Positions 1 to 9,353 of a stretch of 64,000 bases of DNA are shown here, one piece after another. This DNA is from Alphaproteobacteria bacterium (GTDB lineage Bacteria > Pseudomonadota > Alphaproteobacteria > Bin95), in NCBI GenBank assembly GCA_963665325.3, contig CAXXWS020000001.1, positions 96,001 through 160,000 on the forward strand, written 5' to 3'. Each line of letters begins with the position of its first letter. The stretch's first letter is position 1. The position numbers were made by a program, and so were the translations under genes. The notes beneath the pieces are model-generated. The model ran no database searches. It saw nothing but the letters and a program-made list of their open reading frames with translations, and was not told the DNA's origin.

Positions 1-1398
1 TGTTCGCGGCACGGATCGGTCCGCCTCGGGGACGACGATTCGCGGCCGGAGTTCAGTAATTTCTCCTGGTTCGCAATGCTGTTCTCCGCCGGCGTCGGCA
101 TCGGCATCCTGTTCTTCGGCGTGGCGGAGCCGATCTTCTATTTCGACAACTCCGGCGCCTTCGGCTATCCGAACAACCCCCATGCCGATGCAGTCGGCGT
201 CACCGACATGGACATGAACCGCGCTGTCCATGCCATGCGCGTGACCTATTTCCACTGGGGATTCCACGGCTGGGCGATCTACGTGATCATCGGGCTCTGC
301 CTGGCCTATTTCGGTTTCCGGAAGAAGCTGCCGCTTACCATGCGCTCGGCGCTCTACCCGATTATCGGCGACCGCATCTACGGCCCCATCGGGCACGGCG
401 TGGACCTGCTCGCGGTGTTCGGCACCGTGTTCGGTGTCGCCACCTCGCTCGGCCTCGGCGTGACCCAGATGGCGACGGGCATGAATGTGCTGTTCGGCCT
501 CGATCCCGGCATCGCAACGCAACTCGTGCTGATCGTGGTCATCTCGATCGTTGCGACGATCTCGGCCGTTTCGGGAGTCGGCAACGGGATCCGCATCATC
601 TCGGAGTGGAATATCTGGCTCTCGGTGGTGCTGCTGGCGTTCTTCCTGTTCTTCGGGCCGTTCAAATGGCTGATGGGGTTCTTCGTGACCTCCATCGGCG
701 ACTACATCTGGAACGTGATCCCGATGGGCTTTTGGACCGCTGGCACCGATGCGGAGATCGCCTGGCAGGGCGGCTGGACCATCTTCTACTGGGGCTGGTG
801 GATTTCCTGGGCGCCCTTCGTCGGCATGTTCATCGCCCGCATCAGCCGTGGGAGGACGATCCGCCAGTTCATGGTGGGCGTGCTGTTCGTGCCGACCACC
901 ATCGCCTTCTTCTGGCTGTGCATGTTCGGCGGCAACGCCATGTACATGGAGCTCATGGCAGAGGGCGGCGTCGGCACGGCCGGCATCGTCGATCTGGTCC
1001 GCGCGTGGGATCTGCCATCGGCGCTTTACGGCACCATCGACCGGTTGACCGAACTCGCGTTCCTGCAATGGATCATGGCGGCGCTGGCAACGCTGCTGCT
1101 GGCGACCTGGTTCATCACCTCGTCCGACTCCGGCACACTGGTCATCACCACCATGCTGTCCATGGGCGACGACAACCCGCCGCAACGCTTCCGTATCGTC
1201 TGGGGCCTGGGCGAAGGCTTCGTTGCCGGCGTTCTGCTGCTGGCCGGCGGCCTCAAGGCGCTTCAGACGGCTTCCATCGCAGCGGCGCTGCCGATCTCGG
1301 TCATCATGCTGTTCATGACCTACGGCCTGATAAAGTCGCTGTCGGAGGACAGTTCGGCCGTGCCGGCCGAGGGGAAGGCCGAGGCGGCGCCTGCCTGA
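1..1398 (+). CDS. BCCT family (betaine/choline/carnitine) transporter, 5' end outside window
   Basis: Frame open from base 1: RLGDDDSRPEFSNFSWFAMLFSAGVGIG, FHWGFHGWAIY, WTIFYWGWWISWAPFVGMFIARISRGRT, ITSSDSG motifs. Confidence 0.95.
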   Translation, partial: CSRHGSVRLGDDDSRPEFSNFSWFAMLFSAGVGIGILFFGVAEPIFYFDNSGAFGYPNNPHADAVGVTDMDMNRAVHAMRVTYFHWGFHGWAIYVIIGLCLAYFGFRKKLPLTMRSALYPIIGDRIYGPIGHGVDLLAVFGTVFGVATSLGLGVTQMATGMNVLFGLDPGIATQLVLIVVISIVATISAVSGVGNGIRIISEWNIWLSVVLLAFFLFFGPFKWLMGFFVTSIGDYIWNVIPMGFWTAGTDAEIAWQGGWTIFYWGWWISWAPFVGMFIARISRGRTIRQFMVGVLFVPTTIAFFWLCMFGGNAMYMELMAEGGVGTAGIVDLVRAWDLPSALYGTIDRLTELAFLQWIMAALATLLLATWFITSSDSGTLVITTMLSMGDDNPPQRFRIVWGLGEGFVAGVLLLAGGLKALQTASIAAALPISVIMLFMTYGLIKSLSEDSSAVPAEGKAEAAPA

Positions 1399-1550
1399 AC
1401 GGTCCCGGGCCGCCGAGTTCGCGTTTCAGCTCGACTCGGCGTTCGGGTATCCGGCGGTGCTGGGCCGGCCCCAGGCCGGGCCGGCTTCGCTCACCCGGTT
1501 GCGTCAGCGAGCAGGCAGGCGTCGGCGAGCGGCACGACCGGGCTCAGGTG

Positions 1551-1925
1551 TCAACGGCGGAGCGCTGGCAACGGCGGAGCGCTGGCCCATCTTCGATATC
1601 TTGCCCAGCCGCGGCTTGCCGCCGGCTGTGTGCTGGCGCGACACCAGGCCGAGCCAAGCCGCGTACCGGGCATCACCCTCAACTCCGTCGCCTTCATCAG
1701 CGCGCGCCAGGTGCCCGTCTTGCCGTAGCCGTTGCGCTCGGCGTGATGGGAGCCGTCGATCACGACGCAAGCCTTCGTCGCCGCGTGCTTCGCGCGCTCG
1801 ATAAGCGCCTCGGTCACGATCGCGTCCGCCCCCGGTGCGATGAGGAGGCAGGTCTCTCCTGCCTCTCTGATGTGTGCGGCGATATGTGCGGCAATATCCT
1901 CGCTGGTGAGCCGGGTTCCGAGCAT
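1551..1925 (-). pseudogene. Truncated hypothetical protein fragment
   Basis: N-terminal ~90 aa look protein-like (LLIAPG...VVIDG...RNGYG), then degrade into low-complexity sequence. Confidence 0.3.
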
Positions 1926-2124
1926 GTTGGCGGTCTCTCTGGACTTGCGCGGGCTACACGCACCACCTCACACTAGTTCGGGTTTCGGCGCTGTGGCATC
2001 CCGCGCCCAGGCGCAGATTGTCCGAAGCCGTGGGCATGCTGTCAGCCGGCTGCCCGTGGCGCATTCAGAGGGTAATCGCTGGAGCGTCTCCGCCCCTTCG
2101 CACGCCAGCGCAATCTGAAGGCGA

Positions 2125-2583
2125 TCATTTCCCTGACTGCCAGTCCTGGCTCGATGCGGTCGTCAACGAGGCCCAGTCGTCGGGCGGATTTCCCCGCATG
2201 AGCATCCTGGCGAAGACCGTGTACGGATCGTTTCTGCTCCCCGAGGAGCGCAGCGTGGATTGGTCATTGACCCACGCGTAGACGATCGCCCTCGCCCTGG
2301 CATCGTACCGGAAGAACAATCGAAACCGTCTGCCGATCCTGGCGCGCCGCCAATGGCGGTAGCGCGGGCCGAGCGTGCTGCCCTGGCGGTACTCGTCCCG
2401 GGATGGATCCTGCGGGATGACTTCCAGCATCAGCCGGCTCAATGTTTGGAACAGCTTGACGTTCGCATTGGATCCGAATCCCGTCGGATCGCTTCGTTGC
2501 GCGCGCTGGACTGCATCGTGGAGCTTGCGCAGCTGATAGATGAGGCAATCGTGGAAAAGCAGCGTCCACCCGTGGCGCTGCAT
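2125..2583 (-). CDS. yhaV: YhaV family type II TA toxin (RelE superfamily RNase)
   Basis: HGWTLLFH, IPQDPSRDEYRQGSTLG, WRRA, RFRLFFRYD, IVYAWVND..TLR..GS..DPY motifs; overlaps antitoxin stop. Confidence 0.9.
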   Translation of the reverse strand: MQRHGWTLLFHDCLIYQLRKLHDAVQRAQRSDPTGFGSNANVKLFQTLSRLMLEVIPQDPSRDEYRQGSTLGPRYRHWRRARIGRRFRLFFRYDARARAIVYAWVNDQSTLRSSGSRNDPYTVFARMLMRGNPPDDWASLTTASSQDWQSGK

Positions 2584-2903
2584 CAGAGGTCGACGTCGCC
2601 GTCGATGTCCTCGTCCGGTCCCGGTTCACGCTCGGCATGTTCGAGCATGTCCTGTGCCAGATCGTCGGGGATCGTCCGAACATGCCGCCCGGCCTGGATA
2701 TCGCCGGCGAGCAGATCGAGAAACGCAGCGATGGCCGGATCTTCATGCTCGGTGTCGGCACGGCTGACCACGATCTGTCCATCCTCGTGCAGTTCGAACG
2801 CCACCTTGGCGCCGACATCGACCCCCAGCGCCTGACGGACCGTCTTGGGCAGGGTGATCTGGCCCTTCGCGGTCATCGTGGCGACTTCGTGGATGATCGA
2901 CAT
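2583..2903 (-). CDS. prlF: PrlF/SohA AbrB-type antitoxin
   Basis: ATMTAKGQITLPKTVRQALG AbrB fold, EDPAIAAFLDLLAGDI, acidic tail; upstream of yhaV. Confidence 0.88.
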   Translation of the reverse strand: MSIIHEVATMTAKGQITLPKTVRQALGVDVGAKVAFELHEDGQIVVSRADTEHEDPAIAAFLDLLAGDIQAGRHVRTIPDDLAQDMLEHAEREPGPDEDIDGDVDL

Positions 2904-2933
2904 GATCGGCGCTCCTTCTGTGCCGTGCGCGAC

Positions 2934-2953
2934 GGTAAGGATTATTCCTTACC
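2934..2953. promoter_or_regulatory. Palindromic operator upstream of prlF-yhaV
   Basis: GGTAAGGA-TTAT-TCCTTACC perfect 8-bp inverted repeat 30 bp before the antitoxin start. Confidence 0.7.
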
Positions 2954-3614
2954 TGGTCAACGCCATGCGGAGGTTGTGTCGGTGACCAGGATACCTGGCC
3001 TCGGAACCCCGCATTGTTGCCCGCGCGTTGAGCGCGATCCCGTCGTTCATGGCCGAGGTGCGCCGCCCCTCGCTCAGTCGTCCAGGTCCTTGCGCAGGTA
3101 CCGCAGGCCTCACTGAAGAGGATATGTGAGCCGGCCCCAACCCGTGATGCAGGCCAGCCGAAGCAATATGGGGATCAAGGCTTCGCTGGGCGGAAGAATG
3201 GGCGGCGAAGACGGGCGGCGTCGACTTCGATGCGCCGGAGCATGACGAACTGATCGAGCGCGGGCGCTCCCTCGACGCCCGGCCCGACCTCCCGGACAAT
3301 CTGCGCGAGGCCGTTCCCGGTCATCTCCAACGCCATGATCGCCTGGAGAAGAACCGCACCGATGTCAAAGCGTTCCTCAACAGGGCCGGCCGGTTGCTGC
3401 GCGACCGCCACAGACCCGCCAGGTCCGCCCCGGAAGACCGGGCGCAGGCAGGCCTGCCGCTCACATGGGAGGCGTGGAAGCAGAACGCAGACGCGCCGCG
3501 CTGCTCGCCGACGCGGAAGACAATCCCGACTGACCAAAAAACCAGGCGCCCGGAGCCATGCTCAAGGCCGGCCGGAACTTATTGAAATACCCGGCCGGAA
3601 TCTCTGAAATACGC

Positions 3615-3710
3615 AGGCCACGACGCCGACGCGGTCGAGGCGCTGTTCGTCGATCTCTTCCTCGACGCCCATGAGCGCGTGCCGGAGCAACTGGTGTTCG
3701 ACCTCGACGC
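3615..3710 (+). pseudogene. IS1380-family transposase remnant
   Basis: Translates GHDADAVEALFVDLFLDAHERVPEQLVFDLDA, typical of the IS1380 region before the first catalytic Asp. Confidence 0.6.
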
Positions 3711-3794
3711 CAATCGTGGAGTTGCGGCAACTCCCTGCGGGCACGCGGTTTTCGCAACCCGCTGTCCGGCTTCGAAGGCCGCACATTGGGGATT
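3711..3794 (+). promoter_or_regulatory. Conserved porin leader (copy 1)
   Basis: Near-identical to reverse complement of 13412-13506; contains GGAGTTGC-G-GCAACTCC inverted repeat. Confidence 0.6.
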
Positions 3795-5153
3795 ATGAGA
3801 AAAACCCTGCTTGCGACCTCTGCGCTGGCCTTTGCCGGCGCGCTGGCTGCCGGGCCGGCCTCGGCGGCCGACATGCTGAGCGTCGGCGTCGGCGGCTACA
3901 TGCAGCAATGGATTGGTGTATCCAGTCTCGACAGCGCCGCCGGCGATGGCGGCGTCAGCCAGTATTCGGACAGCGAAATCTTCTTCAGGGGCAAGCTGGA
4001 GGCCGACAGCGGGCTGACCTTCTCCGTGAAGGTCGAGTTCGAGGGCAACACCCATGCGGACGTGGTCGATGAATCGCAGGTCACGGTCGGCGGCTCGTTC
4101 GGCCAGATCGTGCTCGGCTCCGAGGACGACCCGACGACGCTCATGCACTACGGCACCGGCGATGTCGGCGTCGGCCTGAACTGCGGCGACGCCTCGTTCA
4201 TCAACGGCCTGACCAGCTGCGCCAGAAGCAGCGGCAAGGGCCTCGGCACGGCCGGCCATCTGATCGGCGGCGACAGCCAGAAGATCGCCTACTACACCCC
4301 CCGCCTGAGCGGCGTGCAGTTCGGCGTGTCCTACAGCCCGGAGTCCGTCGAGGACAGCGGCGCCGGCTCGCCGGTGAACAATGACGAAGACGCGGTGTCG
4401 CTGGGCCTGAACTACACGGGCGCGGTGGGCGATACCAACGTCTCGCTCTCCGTCGGCCATTACCAGAAGAGCCAGGTCGGCGCGACGGAGATGCTCAAGT
4501 CGGGCATGAACGACGCTGCGATCTCGGTCGGCACGTACATGGCCAACGTTAAGGCCATCGAGGACTATGCGACGGCGCAGGCCGAAGGCACCAGCTCCAG
4601 CCTCGACACGCTGGCGAACGGCGCCGCAGCGGCAGAGGCGTCGAACAAGGGCGCGTTCGACACCATGGCCTCGAAGGCCGACAGCCAGACGTTCACCAAT
4701 TTCGGCATTAATGTCGGCATGGGCGCGTTCGGCTTCAGCGCCGCCTACGCCGTGCATGACGGCGGCACCTACATGGTCGCCAAGAGCCCGGACGTGAATG
4801 TCGTCGCCGGCCACACATGGGACGATGACGGCGACGCAACGACAGCCGCTGTCGCGGAGTCCGGCGACAAGAACGACCCGTCGAACGATACCGCGCGGAC
4901 GGTTCTCGTGAAGGACACCTCCAGGGACTACGAGGTGGCGAGCGCCGGCGTGATGTATTCGGACGGCCCGATGGCGGTCAGCCTGGCCCACATGATGGCC
5001 GATGCCGATGACGGCTCCAGTGTCAGCGCGACCATGCTGTCCGTCAGCTACACGCTGGCGCCGGGCGTCGCATCGCGGTCCACGCTTATGGCCGGCGAGC
5101 AGGATGCGGCCCAGGGCACGGCGTTCGTGACCGGCATCACGCTCAGCTTCTGA
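3795..5153 (+). CDS. Outer-membrane porin (copy 1, with long loop insertions)
   Basis: Signal peptide MRKTLLATSALA; DSEIFFRGK, VDES, FGQIVLG, KIAYYTPRLSGVQFGVSYSP; C-terminal Phe. Confidence 0.9.
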   Translation: MRKTLLATSALAFAGALAAGPASAADMLSVGVGGYMQQWIGVSSLDSAAGDGGVSQYSDSEIFFRGKLEADSGLTFSVKVEFEGNTHADVVDESQVTVGGSFGQIVLGSEDDPTTLMHYGTGDVGVGLNCGDASFINGLTSCARSSGKGLGTAGHLIGGDSQKIAYYTPRLSGVQFGVSYSPESVEDSGAGSPVNNDEDAVSLGLNYTGAVGDTNVSLSVGHYQKSQVGATEMLKSGMNDAAISVGTYMANVKAIEDYATAQAEGTSSSLDTLANGAAAAEASNKGAFDTMASKADSQTFTNFGINVGMGAFGFSAAYAVHDGGTYMVAKSPDVNVVAGHTWDDDGDATTAAVAESGDKNDPSNDTARTVLVKDTSRDYEVASAGVMYSDGPMAVSLAHMMADADDGSSVSATMLSVSYTLAPGVASRSTLMAGEQDAAQGTAFVTGITLSF

Positions 5154-5238
5154 TCTGCGCGGCGAACGACCCCACGAAGGAACGATCCAAACGGTTTGCC
5201 CGGCCGAATCCGGTCCGGGTTGAAAGGAGAAGGGTTCG

Positions 5239-6840
5239 ATGAGAACCATGAAACATCTGGCCTTTGCGGCAATGGCCGCTTCGGCTCTGGCACTCGCAGG
5301 CTGCGGAGGTGGCGGCAGCTCCAGTAGCATGGTGGCGCCCACGACGCCCACCACCACCACGTCGGAGACGACGACGCCCACGTCGATGGAGCTCCTGCTG
5401 CCGAGCGGCAGCAACATGTATCTCGACGACAGCGACACGATGCTCGCCGACGGCACATTCACCGTCGCAGCCGGCACGACGGTGAACCGTGGCGCCTACG
5501 CCTTCACCTGCGGCGGCGACGAGGACTGCACGGTCACGGTCGCCGATGACGTAGTCACCGAGACGGGCGGTGTCACGGTCGACTACACGGCGACGGCGCA
5601 GGCCACCATCACCATGAAGATGATGATGGCGGACGAGACGAACACCGAGAAGGCGATCGGCCTGTCGAAGGCGCTGGCCGCCGCCACCGAGGACGACGAC
5701 AATGCTCCCACCGTATCCCGGGGGACGAGCGGCGCCGCCACTTTCAAGAAAGCCGGCTTCGAAGCGGGCGCGGCCCCGATGAGCATCGCCGGCTGGGAAG
5801 GCGCGACGCTGACCCAGAAGACCCAAAGCATCGTGGCCTATACGGAGATCGAGGCCGCGACGCGGATGGCGTTTACGAAGGTTTATAGTGCTACGGCAGC
5901 GGACAATCCCGGCGGACTTGCTTTCGCAGATGGCATGGTGACGATTCCCGCTGCCGCGTTGTCGTCCTCTCAAGCAGCCCTGCTGGACAAGACCCGTTTC
6001 CCGCAGAAGGGAAGCGCGGGTGCTGGAACCGAGACGTGGACCTACGTTGATGAAGCCGATGTCGATGTGGGCGAAAAGATGCACCCTCGGGAGTTCTCCG
6101 GTACCCTCCAAGGTGCGCGGGGCGATTACAGTTGCACCGGTGAGTGCTCCGTGGCGGTCACCGATGCCGGCAGCTACACGTTCGCAGGCACTTGGAATTT
6201 CGATCCCGACTCCTCCGCCCAGGCCGTCGTGACGGATCCCGACTACCTGACCTTCGGATGGTGGATCGACGAGAAGAAGAAGACCGCGGCAGGGGACTAT
6301 CCTTTCACGGTCAACACATTCGCCACCGGGTCAGCGGTGTTCCCGACGGCCGCCGATACCGACACTGGCGCTGTTGGCCTGGACACCCTTACGGGCGAGG
6401 TGGAATATAACGGCGTGGCGGCCGGCCTCTACGCGGTCAAGAATGTCGAGGGCGGGGAGATCGTTTCCGCCGCCCACGGAGCCTTCACCGCTGACGCCAG
6501 CCTGACCGCCGACTTCGAGGCAGGAGATGCCGGGTTCCTTTCCGGCAAGATCGACGGTTTCCAAGGCGGTATGGACATGTCGGGCTGGGAGGTGACGCTG
6601 CAGAAGTCCAACTTCGATACCGACGGCAGCCTGGCGGACCAAGACGACGCCATCAACGCCACCGGCATGATGGTCGCGGGCAAGATCGGCGACACCAAGA
6701 GCACGAACGGCATCTGGGATGTCAGTCTCCACGGGTCAGGCGCAGACGCCGCCGCGCCCAGCGGAATCGCCGGGACCTTCCGGGTCGACTTCACCAACGC
6801 CAATATCGCCGGAGCGTTCGGCGCAACGCGCGACAAGTAG
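5239..6840 (+). CDS. Surface lipoprotein with TbpB-like C-terminal beta-barrel (copy 1)
   Basis: Lipobox LAGC followed by Gly/Ser/Thr linker; DPDYLTFGWW, YNGVAAGLY, GAFTADASLTADF, IAGAFGATR; strong RBS. Confidence 0.8.
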   Translation: MRTMKHLAFAAMAASALALAGCGGGGSSSSMVAPTTPTTTTSETTTPTSMELLLPSGSNMYLDDSDTMLADGTFTVAAGTTVNRGAYAFTCGGDEDCTVTVADDVVTETGGVTVDYTATAQATITMKMMMADETNTEKAIGLSKALAAATEDDDNAPTVSRGTSGAATFKKAGFEAGAAPMSIAGWEGATLTQKTQSIVAYTEIEAATRMAFTKVYSATAADNPGGLAFADGMVTIPAAALSSSQAALLDKTRFPQKGSAGAGTETWTYVDEADVDVGEKMHPREFSGTLQGARGDYSCTGECSVAVTDAGSYTFAGTWNFDPDSSAQAVVTDPDYLTFGWWIDEKKKTAAGDYPFTVNTFATGSAVFPTAADTDTGAVGLDTLTGEVEYNGVAAGLYAVKNVEGGEIVSAAHGAFTADASLTADFEAGDAGFLSGKIDGFQGGMDMSGWEVTLQKSNFDTDGSLADQDDAINATGMMVAGKIGDTKSTNGIWDVSLHGSGADAAAPSGIAGTFRVDFTNANIAGAFGATRDK

Positions 6841-6881
6841 CTTCTCGTTGCAGGGCGCAGAAGCACTCTGCAAGCCAATTT

Positions 6882-6915
6882 CCCCGGCCATCTTCCGAGT
6901 GGCCGGGGCTTTTTT
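6882..6915 (+). terminator. Intrinsic terminator/attenuator between lipoprotein and Slam
   Basis: CCCCGGCCA...TGGCCGGGG stem followed by CTTTTTT. Confidence 0.7.
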
Positions 6916-6934
6916 CCGCAAGATCGTCGAAGCC

Positions 6935-8197
6935 ATGAGTACATTTGTTCTCACCATCGTTCTGGCAGGGCTGCTTGTGCTCATCGCCGCGCCCCTCGCC
7001 TTCGGCCAGGACAGGAACGAAGCCCGCTTCCGCACCGGCATGGCCGCCGTCGAGGCGGCCGCGCAGGAGCAGGACGAAGATGCCCGGGACGAGAAGCTCG
7101 ACGAGGCCATCGCGGCCTTCCGCGCCATTCTCGTGAGCCGCCCGGAGCTTGTGCGGGTGCGGCTCGAACTCGCCCGCGCCTTCTTCCTGAAGGAGGAGGA
7201 CACGCTCGCCCGGAGGCATTTCGAGCAGGTGCTGGCGGGTGACGTGCCCCCGGCTGTCGCCGCCAACATTGCCCGCTTCCTGCGCGTCATGCGCTCCCGG
7301 CGGCGATGGGAGGCGCATTTCGGGGCGGCCATAGCCCCCGACAGCAACCTGAACGCCGCCTCGGGCGAGCGCACGGTCTTCCTCGACACGCCCTTCGGCC
7401 GCCTGCCCTTCACCCGCCAGGGCGACATCGCGCCCAAGTCCGGCCTCGGCGTCTCGGTCTGGGGCGGCGGCGAATACCAGTATCCGCTCGGAGCGGGCCG
7501 CTGGCGGCTGCGCTCCGGGGCGGACGCGAGCGTCCGCGAATACAAGGGCGGGACCTTCGACCGCCATTCCGTCTCCGCACATCTCGGCCCCCGCCGGCTG
7601 ATCGACGCGCGCACCGAGGCGAGCCTGCTCGCCACCGTGGACCGGCAGTGGACCGCCGGCATGCCCGAGACCGACCGCTTCGGACTGCGGCTGGAAGCCG
7701 AGCGCCGCCTGACGCCGCGCCTCGCCATGTTCGGGCAGGCGAGCGCCGCCCGGCGCAACTGCCGCGACTGCAACTGGCTCGACGGCCCGGTGGGAGACAT
7801 TTCGCTGGGGGCGGGCTGGGCCGCGCTTCCCGTGCTCCGGATCGACGCTAATGCCGGCTGGAGCTGGAGCCGCACGAACTCCGAGCACTGGCGTTCGAGC
7901 GGGCCCCAGGCGAGCCTTGGCGCAACGCTGGCGCTGCCGGCGGGCTTCACCGTGGGCCTGCGCGCCTCCCTGCAGCGCACGGAATATCAGGGGCCGGGCT
8001 TCGCCCACAACACCATCGACGGCGAGCCGCGCGAGGACGAAACGCAGACGCTCTCCGCCTCGGTGCACAACCGCGCGGTGACGGTGCTCGGCTTCAGCCC
8101 CCGCCTCTCGCTCGTCCGCGAGGAGCGCGACACCAACGCCCAGGCCCTCGACTACAAGCGAAACCGCGCCGAGCTCAGCTTCGTGCGCCAGTTCTGA
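6935..8197 (+). CDS. Slam/DUF560 surface lipoprotein assembly modifier (T11SS), copy 1
   Basis: Signal peptide, TPR (RVRLELARAFF...ARRHFEQVL), APDSNLN, barrel ending YKRNRAELSFVRQF; directly after a lipoprotein. Confidence 0.88.
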   Translation: MSTFVLTIVLAGLLVLIAAPLAFGQDRNEARFRTGMAAVEAAAQEQDEDARDEKLDEAIAAFRAILVSRPELVRVRLELARAFFLKEEDTLARRHFEQVLAGDVPPAVAANIARFLRVMRSRRRWEAHFGAAIAPDSNLNAASGERTVFLDTPFGRLPFTRQGDIAPKSGLGVSVWGGGEYQYPLGAGRWRLRSGADASVREYKGGTFDRHSVSAHLGPRRLIDARTEASLLATVDRQWTAGMPETDRFGLRLEAERRLTPRLAMFGQASAARRNCRDCNWLDGPVGDISLGAGWAALPVLRIDANAGWSWSRTNSEHWRSSGPQASLGATLALPAGFTVGLRASLQRTEYQGPGFAHNTIDGEPREDETQTLSASVHNRAVTVLGFSPRLSLVREERDTNAQALDYKRNRAELSFVRQF

Positions 8198-8284
8198 CTG
8201 AACAGCCGGATGGACAGGCTGCACGCGCGATAGTCGGCCGCACACGCCGTTGACGGAGTAGCTTTCGGTCGCCACCTTGCTCGC

Positions 8285-8577
8285 ATGAGATCGGTGGCAT
8301 CAAGGTTCTGAACAGCAAGCTGAGCGAATACGTCCGGCTTGCGGCGTCCGGCGAAACGATTCTCGTGACTGATCGGGATCGGGTCGTGGCAGAACTCGGC
8401 CCGCTGAGGGAGACACGGAGCCCGTTTCTCGCCGACGCCTTCCTGGCCGAGGCGGTGCGGTCCGGCGTGCTGACGCCGCCGAGGCTGGCCGCTTCGGGAC
8501 CGCCGCCCAAACCCGCGCCCGTCGCCACGCTGGACGAAATCCTGGCGGATCTGGACGAGAGCCGGCGCGACCGGTGA
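8285..8577 (+). pseudogene. Phd/YefM-type antitoxin, frameshifted near the start
   Basis: MRSV then IKVLNSKLSEYVRLAASGETILVTDRDRVVAELGP in another frame. Confidence 0.7.
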
Positions 8578-8973
8578 TCTACATCGACACGTCCGTCGCG
8601 CTCGCGCATCTTCTTGCCGAGGATCGCCAGCCTCCCGGCTCGCTCTGGGAGGAGACACTGTTTTCCACCCGATTGCTGGAATACGAAATATGGACCCCGC
8701 TGCACGCACGCGAGCTTGCGGCGAAGCAGCACGCTGGCTGATCGGGCGGGTCGCGATGCTGGATCTTTCGCCGTCGGTGCTGGCGCGGGCACTGAATGCC
8801 TTTCCCTGCCCCGGCCCGGTGCGGACGCTCGACGCCTGCATCTGGCGTCGGGCGCTTATCTGGCCGGGCACGGACAGGGGGTCATGCTCGCAAGCTATGA
8901 CCGGCGAATGAACACCATCGCCCGCGCGATGGATATTTCGCTGTTCGACTTGGAAGCATCGCAAACTGCATGA
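8574..8973 (+). pseudogene. vapC: VapC/PIN toxin, frameshifted
   Basis: MIYIDTSVAL, LLEYEIW, PVRTLDA, LASYDRRM motifs spread over several frames. Confidence 0.7.
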
Positions 8974-9009
8974 TTGTCGTAGCGGCGGCCCCGAACGCCC
9001 GAATGGGGA

Positions 9010-9290
9010 CATCCGACGGGTAGGTCAGCCACCATCCTGCCGCGAGGTAGTCCGTCGGGTCGGCGTCATTCCAATCGATGAGAGCGTAGAGGAACACCCG
9101 GCCGTCATAGTGGTTGTCCGCCAGTATCCATTCGCGGCTGGAATGACCGGGCTGGACGGGACGCGGGAGGAACAGCCCCGACGTCCATTCGGTGTCCCGG
9201 ACGGTATTGAGGGTGCCGGTCCGGTCCCGCCGTCAGGGATCCGCACGTCGACACTGAGCACGCCCTCGGCCTGAGCGGCGCGGGCGGCGG
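9010..9290 (-). pseudogene. Remnant of a further surface lipoprotein gene
   Basis: FLYALIDWNDADPTDYLAAGWWL resembles the DPDYLTFGWW/DPAYMTFGWW motif of neighbouring lipoproteins. Confidence 0.45.
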
Positions 9291-9353
9291 GCGCAGCGCA
9301 GGCGGACTTTGTAACCGGTCTTACGGTGCATCCCGCTCTGTCCGGCTGCTCAG

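Noticed and set aside
3181-3585. Open frame resembling a helical tail of a relaxase-like protein
   Set aside because: No start or diagnostic motif; cannot be supported without a search
3579-5477. 632-aa minus-strand ORF and many similar long antisense ORFs (e.g. 17547-19589, 26345-28117, 45868-47997)
   Set aside because: Shadow frames of GC-rich genes on the opposite strand; no motifs
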